Assembly (NCBI GenBank): GCA_963169055.1
Contig: CAUJFU010000170.1
Location: 202 to 64,201, forward strand
From: Myxococcota bacterium
Lineage (GTDB): Bacteria; Myxococcota_C; UBA6777
Direction: 5' to 3'
Length of the DNA: 64,000 bases
Shown: piece after piece, positions 41,349-50,107 of the stretch
How the letters are laid out: every line of letters starts with the position of its first letter
Position numbering within the stretch: position 1 is the stretch's first letter
Notes under the pieces: model-generated
Told to the model about the DNA's origin: nothing
What the model saw: only the letters and a program-made list of their open reading frames with translations
Database searches by the model: none
Position numbers and translations under genes: made by a program

Positions 41349-43174
41349 CGCTTACATTCTCCCTGAATAAATTGACGGTAGTGGGCCACTTCATCGAGCC
41401 AGAACTCGCCTTGGTAGGGCCAAAAGATATGGCTTTGTTCTGTGATCAAGGTGTAGCGGTATTCGTCTTGTTCGATACCGCCGCCTTGTGCGTAGCGATC
41501 GAGTTCTTGCTTTTGTTTTTGCAAGGTTTCGAGCTTGATGACTTGGGCCTGATTGACTTGTTTGGTGACATCCTTGCGGATGGACTCGAGGGCTGCGTGG
41601 ATGCTGAGGCCCGCTCGACGTTTGAGGGCTTCGCGGGTTTTGAGGGCCGTTTCAAGCAAGGCACGTCCGAGGTTTGAGGTCTTCCATGCGGAGCCGCGAG
41701 TGCGGATGATCTCGATCTCAGCGTCGGTTTTGTCCATGAGGCTTTGGTAGTTGCGCAGCGATTTGTCTTGTTCAACAAGTGCAATGAGAGAGGGGAGAAG
41801 ATCCGTGGTTTTGCCTTCTTTGAGCAGCGTTTGTTGGCTTCGGAAGTACTCGTAGTATTGGGCGATCCAGTTCTCCTTGGTGCGTCGGGCAACCAATGCT
41901 TTGAGTTTGTCTTGGAGCGGTTTAAAGAACGCTTCAAAGCGTGCGATGGATTGTTTGGTTTCTTCGTATTTGCAGTTTTGGAAGTAGATCAGCGATTGGA
42001 GGATCTGGAGTTCGGGGAAGAAGCTGATCTGATAAAAGGCCGATTGGAGGCCCAAGATGCGGCCCAGCGAGAAGTGGTAGTACTTGAGCATGTAAAACAC
42101 CCAAGACGTTTCAAAGAGGACTTCTCCTTTGGTCAGGCCGCGTTGCTTGGGGACTTTGCGGTATTCCCGAAGGGAGGCGACAAGGTGTTCTTGGCCTTTG
42201 GGGTTGTCGAGGTTAAAAACACCGAGTGCGTAATAAGAGCGGGCGATACCGAGTTGTGCGAATTCTTTGATTTGAAGGAGTTCTTGGCGTAGTGCTTTAT
42301 CTTCGGGCTTGTCGCCTGTGGGCAGGGGGAGATCGATGATGCGCTGGAAATATTCGATGGCGCCGTCGTTGTATCCGACCTGAGCGTTGCGTGTGCCCAT
42401 GAGATAAAGGGCTTTTGCAAAGTAGTTGAAGGGAGCGCGTTTGCGGACTTGGCTTAGCAGCACGATGGGCATGTAGACGTATTCGGTGTTGGTGCGGCCA
42501 AAGACGAAGTAGTAGCGGCCCATGAGGTAGGAGAAGGAATCCTTAAAATCATCAATGCGTTTGTGCCAGCGTTGGGTGAGGTCGGGATTGCGTTTGACGC
42601 TCGCAGGAACGGGGAAAAGATAGGGTATGGGGTCGGTCAATGCGGGGATTTCGATTTTTTTGCTTGTGCGTGTCAATCGAAGAGCGCGGATGTTTGGGGG
42701 GATCCGTCGAAGGATCTGGATCAGCCCGAGGCGTCCGAGGATCAAGGTTTCATCGCCTGTCGCGGAGGCTGTTTGGATCATGCGATCGAGTGCAAGCAGG
42801 AAGTTGCCGTCAGGGCGTCGTTTTTTGGGGTCAGCGATATCGAGGGTTTGGGTCTCGCGCAAGACGTCATTGAAATACCCTGAGGAGACGATACCGAGCT
42901 GCATCCGAAAGAGAGCGCGTGCGAGCAACAGACGGGCAGCGCGTTGAAATTTGGGGAGGGCGGTACCGTTTTCGATGATATCGAAGAAGTCGACGGAAGC
43001 GCCCTCGAAGTCGTTGCTTTTGTACTTGACGCGGGCGCGGCTAAAGAGGCTTCGGATCTCGCGTTCGGTCATCATGGCTTGTGCAGCCACAGGTTCAACA
43101 TACAAACAAGAGGTGAGAAGGACGGCAGCAAGCGCCAGCATCCACCTCGACATACGTCTGGTTTTTTGCAACAT
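41345..43174 (-). CDS. Secreted TPR-like protein (GltC/NfsC-like)
   Basis: 609 aa. AGGAG RBS, signal MSRWMLALAAVLLTSCLYVEPVAAQA, then helical repeats. It lies directly between the barrel gene and the GltD-like gene. The assignment rests mainly on position and architecture. Confidence 0.7.
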   Translation of the reverse strand: MLQKTRRMSRWMLALAAVLLTSCLYVEPVAAQAMMTEREIRSLFSRARVKYKSNDFEGASVDFFDIIENGTALPKFQRAARLLLARALFRMQLGIVSSGYFNDVLRETQTLDIADPKKRRPDGNFLLALDRMIQTASATGDETLILGRLGLIQILRRIPPNIRALRLTRTSKKIEIPALTDPIPYLFPVPASVKRNPDLTQRWHKRIDDFKDSFSYLMGRYYFVFGRTNTEYVYMPIVLLSQVRKRAPFNYFAKALYLMGTRNAQVGYNDGAIEYFQRIIDLPLPTGDKPEDKALRQELLQIKEFAQLGIARSYYALGVFNLDNPKGQEHLVASLREYRKVPKQRGLTKGEVLFETSWVFYMLKYYHFSLGRILGLQSAFYQISFFPELQILQSLIYFQNCKYEETKQSIARFEAFFKPLQDKLKALVARRTKENWIAQYYEYFRSQQTLLKEGKTTDLLPSLIALVEQDKSLRNYQSLMDKTDAEIEIIRTRGSAWKTSNLGRALLETALKTREALKRRAGLSIHAALESIRKDVTKQVNQAQVIKLETLQKQKQELDRYAQGGGIEQDEYRYTLITEQSHIFWPYQGEFWLDEVAHYRQFIQGECKR

Positions 43175-43193
43175 GCGTCACTCCTGCCAAGGT

Positions 43194-43907
43194 TTAAAAG
43201 AAGAAGCTAAAGCCGAGATTGAGTGCCATATCGACACGAAACAAGTCTTGTTTTCGGCTTTCAAAGTGATCCGGCATAAACAGCACACGAAACTCCCATC
43301 GGAAGGCGAGAAAGCGCAGCAAAAAGTAGCGTTGTCCGAGGCCGACGCCGCCAAAGGGGGCAAAGCCGGGGCTGCCTTTGGCCCCTTTTTCGGTCAACAC
43401 GTTTTCGGCTGCGGGTAGATCGCTAGGCGGGGGGAAGGTCAAAAAGACGCCACCAAGGACGGTAAAGAAGATATCGTAATGGATGATCGCTTGGCTAAAG
43501 AGGTTGAATTTCCCGTAAAACGGGGCGAATCGAAACTCGGCACCGACGGTTGAGAAGAGGAAGGGGCGGCGAACATCGGGTTTGACGCGGAAGGTTCCGG
43601 CGTCGTTTTGGAGTTGGTTCGTGAGTCCGGTGGGGACGTCAAAGCTGCCTGTGGCGAGGAGGCCAAGCGCAAACCATTCGTTGATATGATACATGTAGCC
43701 GAGGTTGACGTTATAGACTTGATAGAAAGGATCGTTGGTGACGAGACCAAGGCTGAGGTTGAGTTCTTGTTTTTGGGTCTTGGTGTAGAGGCGCTTTTTG
43801 AGGGCGTCGTCACCGGGGCGAAAGCGATCAGATGGACTGTCTGCGTGAGATGTGCGGGGGAGGCAGAGGAAGCCGAGAACAACAAGCACAAGCGTGAACT
43901 TTTTCAT
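43194..43907 (-). CDS. Outer-membrane beta-barrel protein (GltA/GltB/NfsA/NfsB-like)
   Basis: Signal MKKFTLVLVVLGFLCLPRTSHA. The pattern of alternating hydrophobic residues is typical of amphipathic beta strands (LNLSLGLVT, YNVNLGYMYHI, FALGLLATGSF, FRFAPFYGKFNLF). It ends LNLGFSFFF, a C-terminal aromatic OMP signature. Confidence 0.7.
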   Translation of the reverse strand: MKKFTLVLVVLGFLCLPRTSHADSPSDRFRPGDDALKKRLYTKTQKQELNLSLGLVTNDPFYQVYNVNLGYMYHINEWFALGLLATGSFDVPTGLTNQLQNDAGTFRVKPDVRRPFLFSTVGAEFRFAPFYGKFNLFSQAIIHYDIFFTVLGGVFLTFPPPSDLPAAENVLTEKGAKGSPGFAPFGGVGLGQRYFLLRFLAFRWEFRVLFMPDHFESRKQDLFRVDMALNLGFSFFF

Positions 43908-44209
43908 GACTGAACCTTATAGCGTAAGGGTCCGAGAGCATCGTGCATTCGCGTCAATCTCGCGGTCAAGGATTGCGTGTCGAACAATGAAGACTTGCGA
44001 GCAAAAAGTCAGGAGACAAAACAAGCCGTAGTGAGGTCATCAAGAACCCCGAAAGAGGGGCCACACGCGAAGTCGAGAGTGTCTAGCACAATTCGACAGG
44101 CATTTCAAGAAGCAGCGTGCGGTTTTGTGTGCCAACGCGGCGATGTCCTTTCGGGCAAGGGTGAGAGCCACGCACCCCATTAGGGGGAATGAAGACGATA
44201 GACAAGACG

Positions 44210-44968
44210 TCATGGGGTGTTTGGGTTAAAGGTGAGGGCCAAACGGGCAGCCATCTTGTCGGCGGAACCTTGTTCGATGGTATAGCTGATTTCTTCGGAA
44301 GAAGCGATCTGGTTTTGCCCTGCGTCAAGGGCGCGGGCAAAGACGTTACGGTTGTTTGCGAAAGGGACGTTGGTCAAGATCGCGAACTTGGGCTTAGGCT
44401 GTCCATCGATCAGTCGGACGAAGAGATTTTCTTCTTTGGCGTCGTTGAGGGCTTTGAGTACAAATTGCAAGCGTTTGGCGGCTTCGGGGATATCGTTTGT
44501 GAAGCGGATGATCAGGGTTCCGGTGGTTACGCCTTGTCGGCGACCGAGAGAGAGCGTGACAGCGCTTTGGATGTCGTCGCCTGATTTTTCGACTCGAAAG
44601 GCTGGGGTGCTGCCGTTTGACACGGAGCGACCGCTGGAATCGTACGTTACGATCGTGAGTTTGCGTTCGCCGCCGTAGGGGATTTGTTTGAGGGGGATGG
44701 GTGGGATCTGACACTTCCCTGTTTGGGAATTCCAAAACAGGTCGGTGGGTTGAAAGCCTTCGGTGAACTTGGCGTTAACGATCTCTTCTTGTTGTTCGGT
44801 GAGTTTTTCGACAGTAAATTCCATCTGATAGACGCCAACACATGGAAGGTCGGCTTTTTCTTCGACGCGGATCACAAACCGTTCGATATAAGAGCAACTG
44901 CCGAGTTGGGTGAGGGCCAAAACAAACAACAAAACAGAAGACAAAGAGGGAGCAGCGAAGCGTTTCAT
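44210..44968 (-). CDS. Lipoprotein of unknown function (occupies the GltK-like position)
   Basis: ATG 44968 gives MKRFAAPSLSSVLLFVLALTQLGSC with a good lipobox (LGSC). The mature part is ~230 aa and beta-rich. No recognisable motif. Confidence 0.6.
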   Translation of the reverse strand: MKRFAAPSLSSVLLFVLALTQLGSCSYIERFVIRVEEKADLPCVGVYQMEFTVEKLTEQQEEIVNAKFTEGFQPTDLFWNSQTGKCQIPPIPLKQIPYGGERKLTIVTYDSSGRSVSNGSTPAFRVEKSGDDIQSAVTLSLGRRQGVTTGTLIIRFTNDIPEAAKRLQFVLKALNDAKEENLFVRLIDGQPKPKFAILTNVPFANNRNVFARALDAGQNQIASSEEISYTIEQGSADKMAARLALTFNPNTP

Positions 44969-45088
44969 TTTTATTCCATCATACTTTATCGGTACATAGG
45001 AGGCGTTTTTGAGAGAGCCTTTCTTTGTAAACCACCCAAGGCGGAGGCTTTGGGGCTTGACGGGCGAACCGATCAAGCGTCGATGAGT

Positions 45089-46651
45089 TTATTGGGTGCC
45101 GGAAGCGGTGGTGGTCACAATAAAAGTCGCATTCGGTGGTGCGCTGTTTTGCGCGATAAGGACGCCAGCGGTGACGGCTCCTGCGCCGACGACGGCGACG
45201 ACGATGATGGTCCAAAACCACCATTTTTGTGCGATGGATTCGCCCTTGGGTTCGGGCTTTTGGGGTTTTTCGGTAATACGTTTTTCGGGTTCGCTGCGTG
45301 GTTCGATGGCAGCGACGCGGCGTTCGGGTTCAGGATCGGGTTCGGTGCGTCGTTCGGGTTCGGTGCGCCGTTCGGGTTCGGTGTGTCGTTCGGGTTCACG
45401 TCGAGCGATAGGTTCGGCGCGTCGTTCGGGTTCGGGTTCGCGTCGGATAACGGGGGGTGGGTCAGGGCGGCGGACGGGTTCAGCAACGGGAGAGAGTTGC
45501 TGCTCGAGTTGTTGGGCGTATGCGACGATGGCGCTGCGATGCTCATCCCGAGACAGGCCGATGGTGAGTTTGTGGTAAGTGATATTTTTGGCGTCTTTTT
45601 GGTATTTGGCGATGTAGAGCAGGATGACGCTACCGCCATCCGTTTTGGAAAAACGTCTGGGTTCAAGCATATAGAGGTGATCTGCGCCAAGTTTGTCGCG
45701 GATCGACTCAAGGCGATCAAGGACGAGGGGATCGACGGCAGCGGCTTTGTCGAAGATGGGGATACCGTCGAGGGAAAGGGCTTTGGGATCGCGTTCGAGG
45801 GAGACGTTGTTTTTGAGGCTGGTGCGGCTGCCGAGCTTTTTTTTGTCAAAGTTGGCGATACTTTTCCACATCTTGTAGCCGTTGTATTCGATGCGAAAGA
45901 GGTGACGGCCAAGAGGGATCTCGCGGATGGTGACGGGAGTTTTCCCGACAAGGCGTTGATTGTAGTACACTTTTGCGTTGTTGGGGGTGGAGTCAAGAGA
46001 AAGTGAGTAGTTGGCGCTGCGTTTGACCCAGTCACGGATTGTGTTGAAATATTTTACGAATTGCTCGGGATATTTGCCTTCGTCTGGCTGATATTCGGGG
46101 TTGAATTGAGCTGCTCGGATCACATATTCCCGTGTTTTTGGGCCATTGCGCATCTGGAGGTAGGCAAGGCCGTGGAGCAAGTAAAGTTCGGTGAAGAGGT
46201 TGGGATCGGTGATCCAATCTTCGATGTGGGGGGCAAGTTTGTTGGCTTTTTCGAGGGCTTTGAGGGCAAAGCCGGCGTAGCGGGGTTGATTGAAGGAGCA
46301 GAGCTTTTGGCCTTTTTCGAGATAACGGCGGAAGTATGTAATGCGGATCTCTGTTTTTCGGTCGATGGTTTGGACATTATTGAGGCGGTTGGTGAGATCA
46401 GCTTCTTCCATGACGTCGAGACGGGGGCGTTGTCGGAGCGCCCAACGATAGAGGCGTTGGATCCATTCGGCCTCGGTGCTGTCGAGGTTTGTGTTGGATT
46501 TGTAGGGAATGATCGCGATCTTGGGCTTGGTGTTTGCGTGGGAGTTGGAGATCCAAGTCAAAGGGAGAAAAAAGAGCAGGGGTAAAACTGCGCAGCGAAA
46601 GAAGGTGCGTTGTGGTGGTGGGGGAAGTGTGGAGGCAAACCGTGGGACCAT
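45089..46651 (-). CDS. Secreted KIAIIPY / TPR-like / PEGA protein with (EPERR)n linker and C-terminal TM anchor
   Basis: ATG 46651 follows AGGAG, so I prefer it to the TTG at 46708. Signal CAVLPLLFFLPLTWISNSHA, then KPKIAIIPYKSN. PEGA: SLDSTPNNAKVYYNQRLVGKTPVTIREIPLGRHLFRIEYNGY. Repeats EPERRAEPIARREPERHTEPERRTEPERRTEP. TM WWFWTIIVVAVVGAGAVTAGVLIA. Confidence 0.75.
   Translation of the reverse strand: MVPRFASTLPPPPQRTFFRCAVLPLLFFLPLTWISNSHANTKPKIAIIPYKSNTNLDSTEAEWIQRLYRWALRQRPRLDVMEEADLTNRLNNVQTIDRKTEIRITYFRRYLEKGQKLCSFNQPRYAGFALKALEKANKLAPHIEDWITDPNLFTELYLLHGLAYLQMRNGPKTREYVIRAAQFNPEYQPDEGKYPEQFVKYFNTIRDWVKRSANYSLSLDSTPNNAKVYYNQRLVGKTPVTIREIPLGRHLFRIEYNGYKMWKSIANFDKKKLGSRTSLKNNVSLERDPKALSLDGIPIFDKAAAVDPLVLDRLESIRDKLGADHLYMLEPRRFSKTDGGSVILLYIAKYQKDAKNITYHKLTIGLSRDEHRSAIVAYAQQLEQQLSPVAEPVRRPDPPPVIRREPEPERRAEPIARREPERHTEPERRTEPERRTEPDPEPERRVAAIEPRSEPEKRITEKPQKPEPKGESIAQKWWFWTIIVVAVVGAGAVTAGVLIAQNSAPPNATFIVTTTASGTQ
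45318..45445 (-). repeat. Coding 18-bp-type tandem repeat encoding (EPERR/TEPERR)n
   Basis: The plus-strand unit CGTTCGGGTTCGGTGCG is iterated. It encodes REPEPERRAEPIARREPERHTEPERRTEPERRTEPDPEPERR. Confidence 0.8.
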
Positions 46652-46697
46652 GCTTTTTTCTCCTGCCGCAAACGAGAGGGTGTACTCAAGAGGCGGA

Positions 46698-47840
46698 CTA
46701 TCGGGCAATAAAACGCTCTAACTTTTTAATGTAGGAAAAGATGGCGCGTTGTCCTTCCGCGTTGCTGTCGCCGACGCGGATGCTTTTGTATTCGATACGT
46801 TTTGCGCCTTTGCGGTAGGTAGCGATTTGAAGGACGCTGAGAGTATCGCCTTTGAGGGTGATATTTTGGGGTTGGGCGATGAAGAGGTATTCGGCGTTGA
46901 GGCGGTTGCTGATGGATTCGAGGCGATCGAGGACGATGGGGTCTTCGCCCGTACCTTTTTCAAACATGGGGATGCCGTCAAGGTTGAGGGCTTGTGGATC
47001 TCGGCTCAAGGGGACGGTGGTGCGGAGGCTGCGTCGGTCTCGGAGTTTGGCTTTATCGAAATTCGCGGCGGTGTTCCAGCGGTTGTAGCCGTCCAGCTCG
47101 ATGCGCAAAAGATGGCGTCCAAGAGGGATGTTGGGGATGGTGGCAGGAGTTTTTCCGACAAATCGATGGTTGTAGTACACATTTCCTCCGGGCGGATTGG
47201 AGGAGAGAGTGAGGGAGTATTGTGCGCTTTCTTTGACTTCTTTGCTAATGCCACCGAAGAAGTCGACGAATCCAGCGGGAAAAGCATCACCGAGGCGTTG
47301 GAAGTCAGGATTGAATTGGACTGTTTTCATGACGTAGGTGCGGGCTTGATCTTGGTCTTTGCTGATGAAGTGGGCGAGCGCGGTGTAGAGATAGAATTCC
47401 GTCATGAGTTGCGGATCGGTGAGTTCGTTTTGGAGGTCGGGGATCATCTCTTCGGCCTTGTTGAGGGCTTTGAGTGCGAATTTGCCGAAGCGGGGCTGAC
47501 CGATCGCGCACAATTTTTTGCCTTTGTCAAGGTACTCTTGGAATCGCTTGATTTGTTCGCGGGTTTCGTTGCTGACGGGTTTCACGTTATTGAGCGAATC
47601 AAGGACTTGCTTTTTGCCGAGCAGATCAAGGCGCGAGCGGCCTTCCATGGCGCGTTGGAAGTAGAGTTTGAGGATGCCAACGCGAGCAGAGTCGAGATTG
47701 GAAGGGGCGGAATAGGGGAGGATCGCGATGCGTTTTTTGGCGGCGGAGGCGGGGGCTTGTAGTGCGAGCAAGAGGGCAAGAGAGGCCAAAAGCCCGACTG
47801 GTATGTTGAGGGTTTGTTTCCATCCACCCGAAAGCTTCAT
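46698..47840 (-). CDS. Secreted KIAILPY / TPR-like / PEGA protein (tandem paralog of 45089-46651, no TM tail)
   Basis: ATG follows GAGGAG. Signal VGLLASLALLLALQAPASA, then KKRIAILPYSAP. PEGA: TLSSNPPGGNVYYNHRFVGKTPATIPNIPLGRHLLRIELDGY. It is collinear with the downstream paralog along its whole length. Confidence 0.75.
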   Translation of the reverse strand: MKLSGGWKQTLNIPVGLLASLALLLALQAPASAAKKRIAILPYSAPSNLDSARVGILKLYFQRAMEGRSRLDLLGKKQVLDSLNNVKPVSNETREQIKRFQEYLDKGKKLCAIGQPRFGKFALKALNKAEEMIPDLQNELTDPQLMTEFYLYTALAHFISKDQDQARTYVMKTVQFNPDFQRLGDAFPAGFVDFFGGISKEVKESAQYSLTLSSNPPGGNVYYNHRFVGKTPATIPNIPLGRHLLRIELDGYNRWNTAANFDKAKLRDRRSLRTTVPLSRDPQALNLDGIPMFEKGTGEDPIVLDRLESISNRLNAEYLFIAQPQNITLKGDTLSVLQIATYRKGAKRIEYKSIRVGDSNAEGQRAIFSYIKKLERFIAR

Positions 47841-48061
47841 GCTTGTTCTCCTCGTGGTTGCCTTGGTCTTGTGGTCGGATCCGCAGGGGCCGTGTGTTGA
47901 TCGGTGCTGTGTTTGGCAGCTTTTGCGCTAGAAATCCAGCGTTCGATCATCTGCGCTGGTCTGTTGTATCGAAATCACCTGCGAAGATCAAGCGGATGGT
48001 GAGAGCAAACAAGCGAGGAGAGCGAAACCGAGAGCGCAAGAGGGGGAGCGGATGGAGGGTT

Positions 48062-49861
48062 TCAGGGGTATTGAAAGCGGTATGTATTGGTTTTTCCTGC
48101 CTCTACAGAGATTTGGTATTGTTTCGTTGTGGTGTCGGCTTGCTTTTTGGGGACTTGGTATTGGAGTTGGATGGTGTACTCTCCGATAGGTAGTTCTTTT
48201 TCAAAGGGAATTTGAGTGTGATCGATGAGTTTTCCTTGAAAAAAGATATAAGCCCAAGGGACAGAGCGGATGATCACGCGGCCTTTTTGTGGAGGGGAGG
48301 CGATCGGACGGAGGGCGGGTTGTTGTGTGGAGGAGGCCGATGGAGGGATACGAGCGGCGACTTGGGTGGGTGAGGAGGGCAAGAACCATTGGGCGAGAAC
48401 GAAGAGCAACAAGAGTCCCGTTGCGAAGGTGCCGAGGCCGATCCAAAGAGGAGCATGTTGTTTTTGAGAAATCGCGGTTCCAGCGAACAGTTCTTCGTCT
48501 TCTTGCATCTCAAGCAGAGCGGGAGAAGCTGTCCATGTGCTTGCGCTAGGAGTTTCTTGCGTGTGTTTTTGCGGTGGTTCGGTCTTTTGCGAACGCATCG
48601 GCAAAGGATCTTTGGGTGGAGGTGCATCCTCGGAAACGGCCTGAACGTCTGGTAAAGTCGGTTCATCATGTTCAAGGCGTGCATGGATTTGCAGTTGCGG
48701 AGGAGATGCTCTGAATGGGTGTGGATGGTTGTGTGGTTGAGAAAAAGGTGTTGCTCCGGCGAATACTTCGACGGGTTGTGAGCGCGAGCCGTCAAGAGCG
48801 AGAGGCGGTTTGACGGTGGGTGGTGCAGGTGTATTGAGCGGGCGTCCTGCGGCGATCTGCTTGGCGTGTACTTCTCGGGCGATCTTGGTTTCCTCCATAA
48901 TGGCGGTACTATCGCGCTCGAATACGTCTTCAAACAATTTGCGGATAAAGGCCGAGAGATGCGCACGCGAAGGAAACAGGTGAGAGCGGCTGAGGAAGCG
49001 CAGAAGATCGAGGCGCATCTCTGCGACGCTGGCGTAGCGATCTTCGGGATAGCGCGTCAAAGCTTTCATCAGGATGTGATCGAGATCAGGCGGAAGGCTG
49101 GGGTTGATATGGCGCAAGGGTGTAAACAGAGCTTCACGGACTTTTTCGAGGATGACGTAGTCGTTGGGTCCGTCGAACATCTTTTGGCAGGTCAAGAGTT
49201 CCCATGCCACCACACCAAGCGAAAAGATATCGCTACGGTGATCCATGCGATCACCGCGCACCTGTTCGGGCGACATATAGGCGAACTTGCCTTTCAAGAC
49301 ACCGCCTGTGGTGTCGTCGCGTCCGAGGACTTGAACGCGTGCGATGCCAAAATCCGTGATTTTGACCTCGCCTTCGTAGGAGATCAAGATATTTTGCGGC
49401 GTGATATCGCGATGAACCAAGTTGAGGAAGTTGCCCATATCATCGTGTTTTCGGTGAGCATAATCGAGTCCGTTGCAGATCTCGATCAGAACCCAAACAG
49501 CGAGGCCAAGCGGGATATGTTGTTGATATTCGCGACACCTGTAGAGCAACGCAGCCAGATCGCAACCGCGCACATACTCCATCGCGATGAAGTAGAGTTC
49601 GTCTTGCAGGCCGAAATCGTAGATGGGGACTGTGTTGACGTGATTCAGGGTGGCGGCGAGCTTCGCTTCGTTGATAAACATCTGAACAAAAGAGGGATTT
49701 TCCGTCAAATGTGGATAAAGCCGCTTGATCGCGATGAGCTTTTCAAAGCCTTCTGCGCCAAAAGATTTGGCTCGAAAGACTTCGGCCATCCCTCCCACAG
49801 CGACCTTGTTGAGAAGGATGTAACGTCCGTATACCAAGGGATCGAGTTGAGCTGCTTGCAT
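48062..49861 (-). CDS. Ser/Thr protein kinase with TM segment and C-terminal PEGA-like domain
   Basis: VGGMAEVFRAKS, IAIKRL, HRDITPQNIL, DFGIA and YMSPEQ are all intact. TM LWIGLGTFATGLLLLFVLAQWF. The C-terminal GRVIIRSVPWAYIFFQGKLIDHTQIPFEKELPIGEYTIQLQY is PEGA-like. Confidence 0.9.
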   Translation of the reverse strand: MQAAQLDPLVYGRYILLNKVAVGGMAEVFRAKSFGAEGFEKLIAIKRLYPHLTENPSFVQMFINEAKLAATLNHVNTVPIYDFGLQDELYFIAMEYVRGCDLAALLYRCREYQQHIPLGLAVWVLIEICNGLDYAHRKHDDMGNFLNLVHRDITPQNILISYEGEVKITDFGIARVQVLGRDDTTGGVLKGKFAYMSPEQVRGDRMDHRSDIFSLGVVAWELLTCQKMFDGPNDYVILEKVREALFTPLRHINPSLPPDLDHILMKALTRYPEDRYASVAEMRLDLLRFLSRSHLFPSRAHLSAFIRKLFEDVFERDSTAIMEETKIAREVHAKQIAAGRPLNTPAPPTVKPPLALDGSRSQPVEVFAGATPFSQPHNHPHPFRASPPQLQIHARLEHDEPTLPDVQAVSEDAPPPKDPLPMRSQKTEPPQKHTQETPSASTWTASPALLEMQEDEELFAGTAISQKQHAPLWIGLGTFATGLLLLFVLAQWFLPSSPTQVAARIPPSASSTQQPALRPIASPPQKGRVIIRSVPWAYIFFQGKLIDHTQIPFEKELPIGEYTIQLQYQVPKKQADTTTKQYQISVEAGKTNTYRFQYP

Positions 49862-50107
49862 TGGTTGTTGAACGGCTGGAATGTTTTTTGCTCGAAAATA
49901 AAACGAAGTTCACTTGTGTTCGTAATAGAGAGAAGTCAGGATCTATCGTTTCACATCAGAAAGCAAGGTGTCATGTAAGAAAGGCCACGCGAGAACGATA
50001 GAGGAGATGGGTGGTCAATTTGTCAAGAGCCTGTGCCGTATGGGTAAGGGCAAGAGAAGAAGAAACGGGGTGCGAGGCCCCTTGAACCGAGATATAAGGA
50101 GGATGGG

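Noticed and set aside
44118-44134. A TGGCAC...GCA sigma-54-like element on the minus strand, ~210 nt upstream of the barrel gene.
   Set aside because: The GG-to-GC spacing is 11 nt rather than the required 10, and the -12 box reads CCGCA, not TTGCA.
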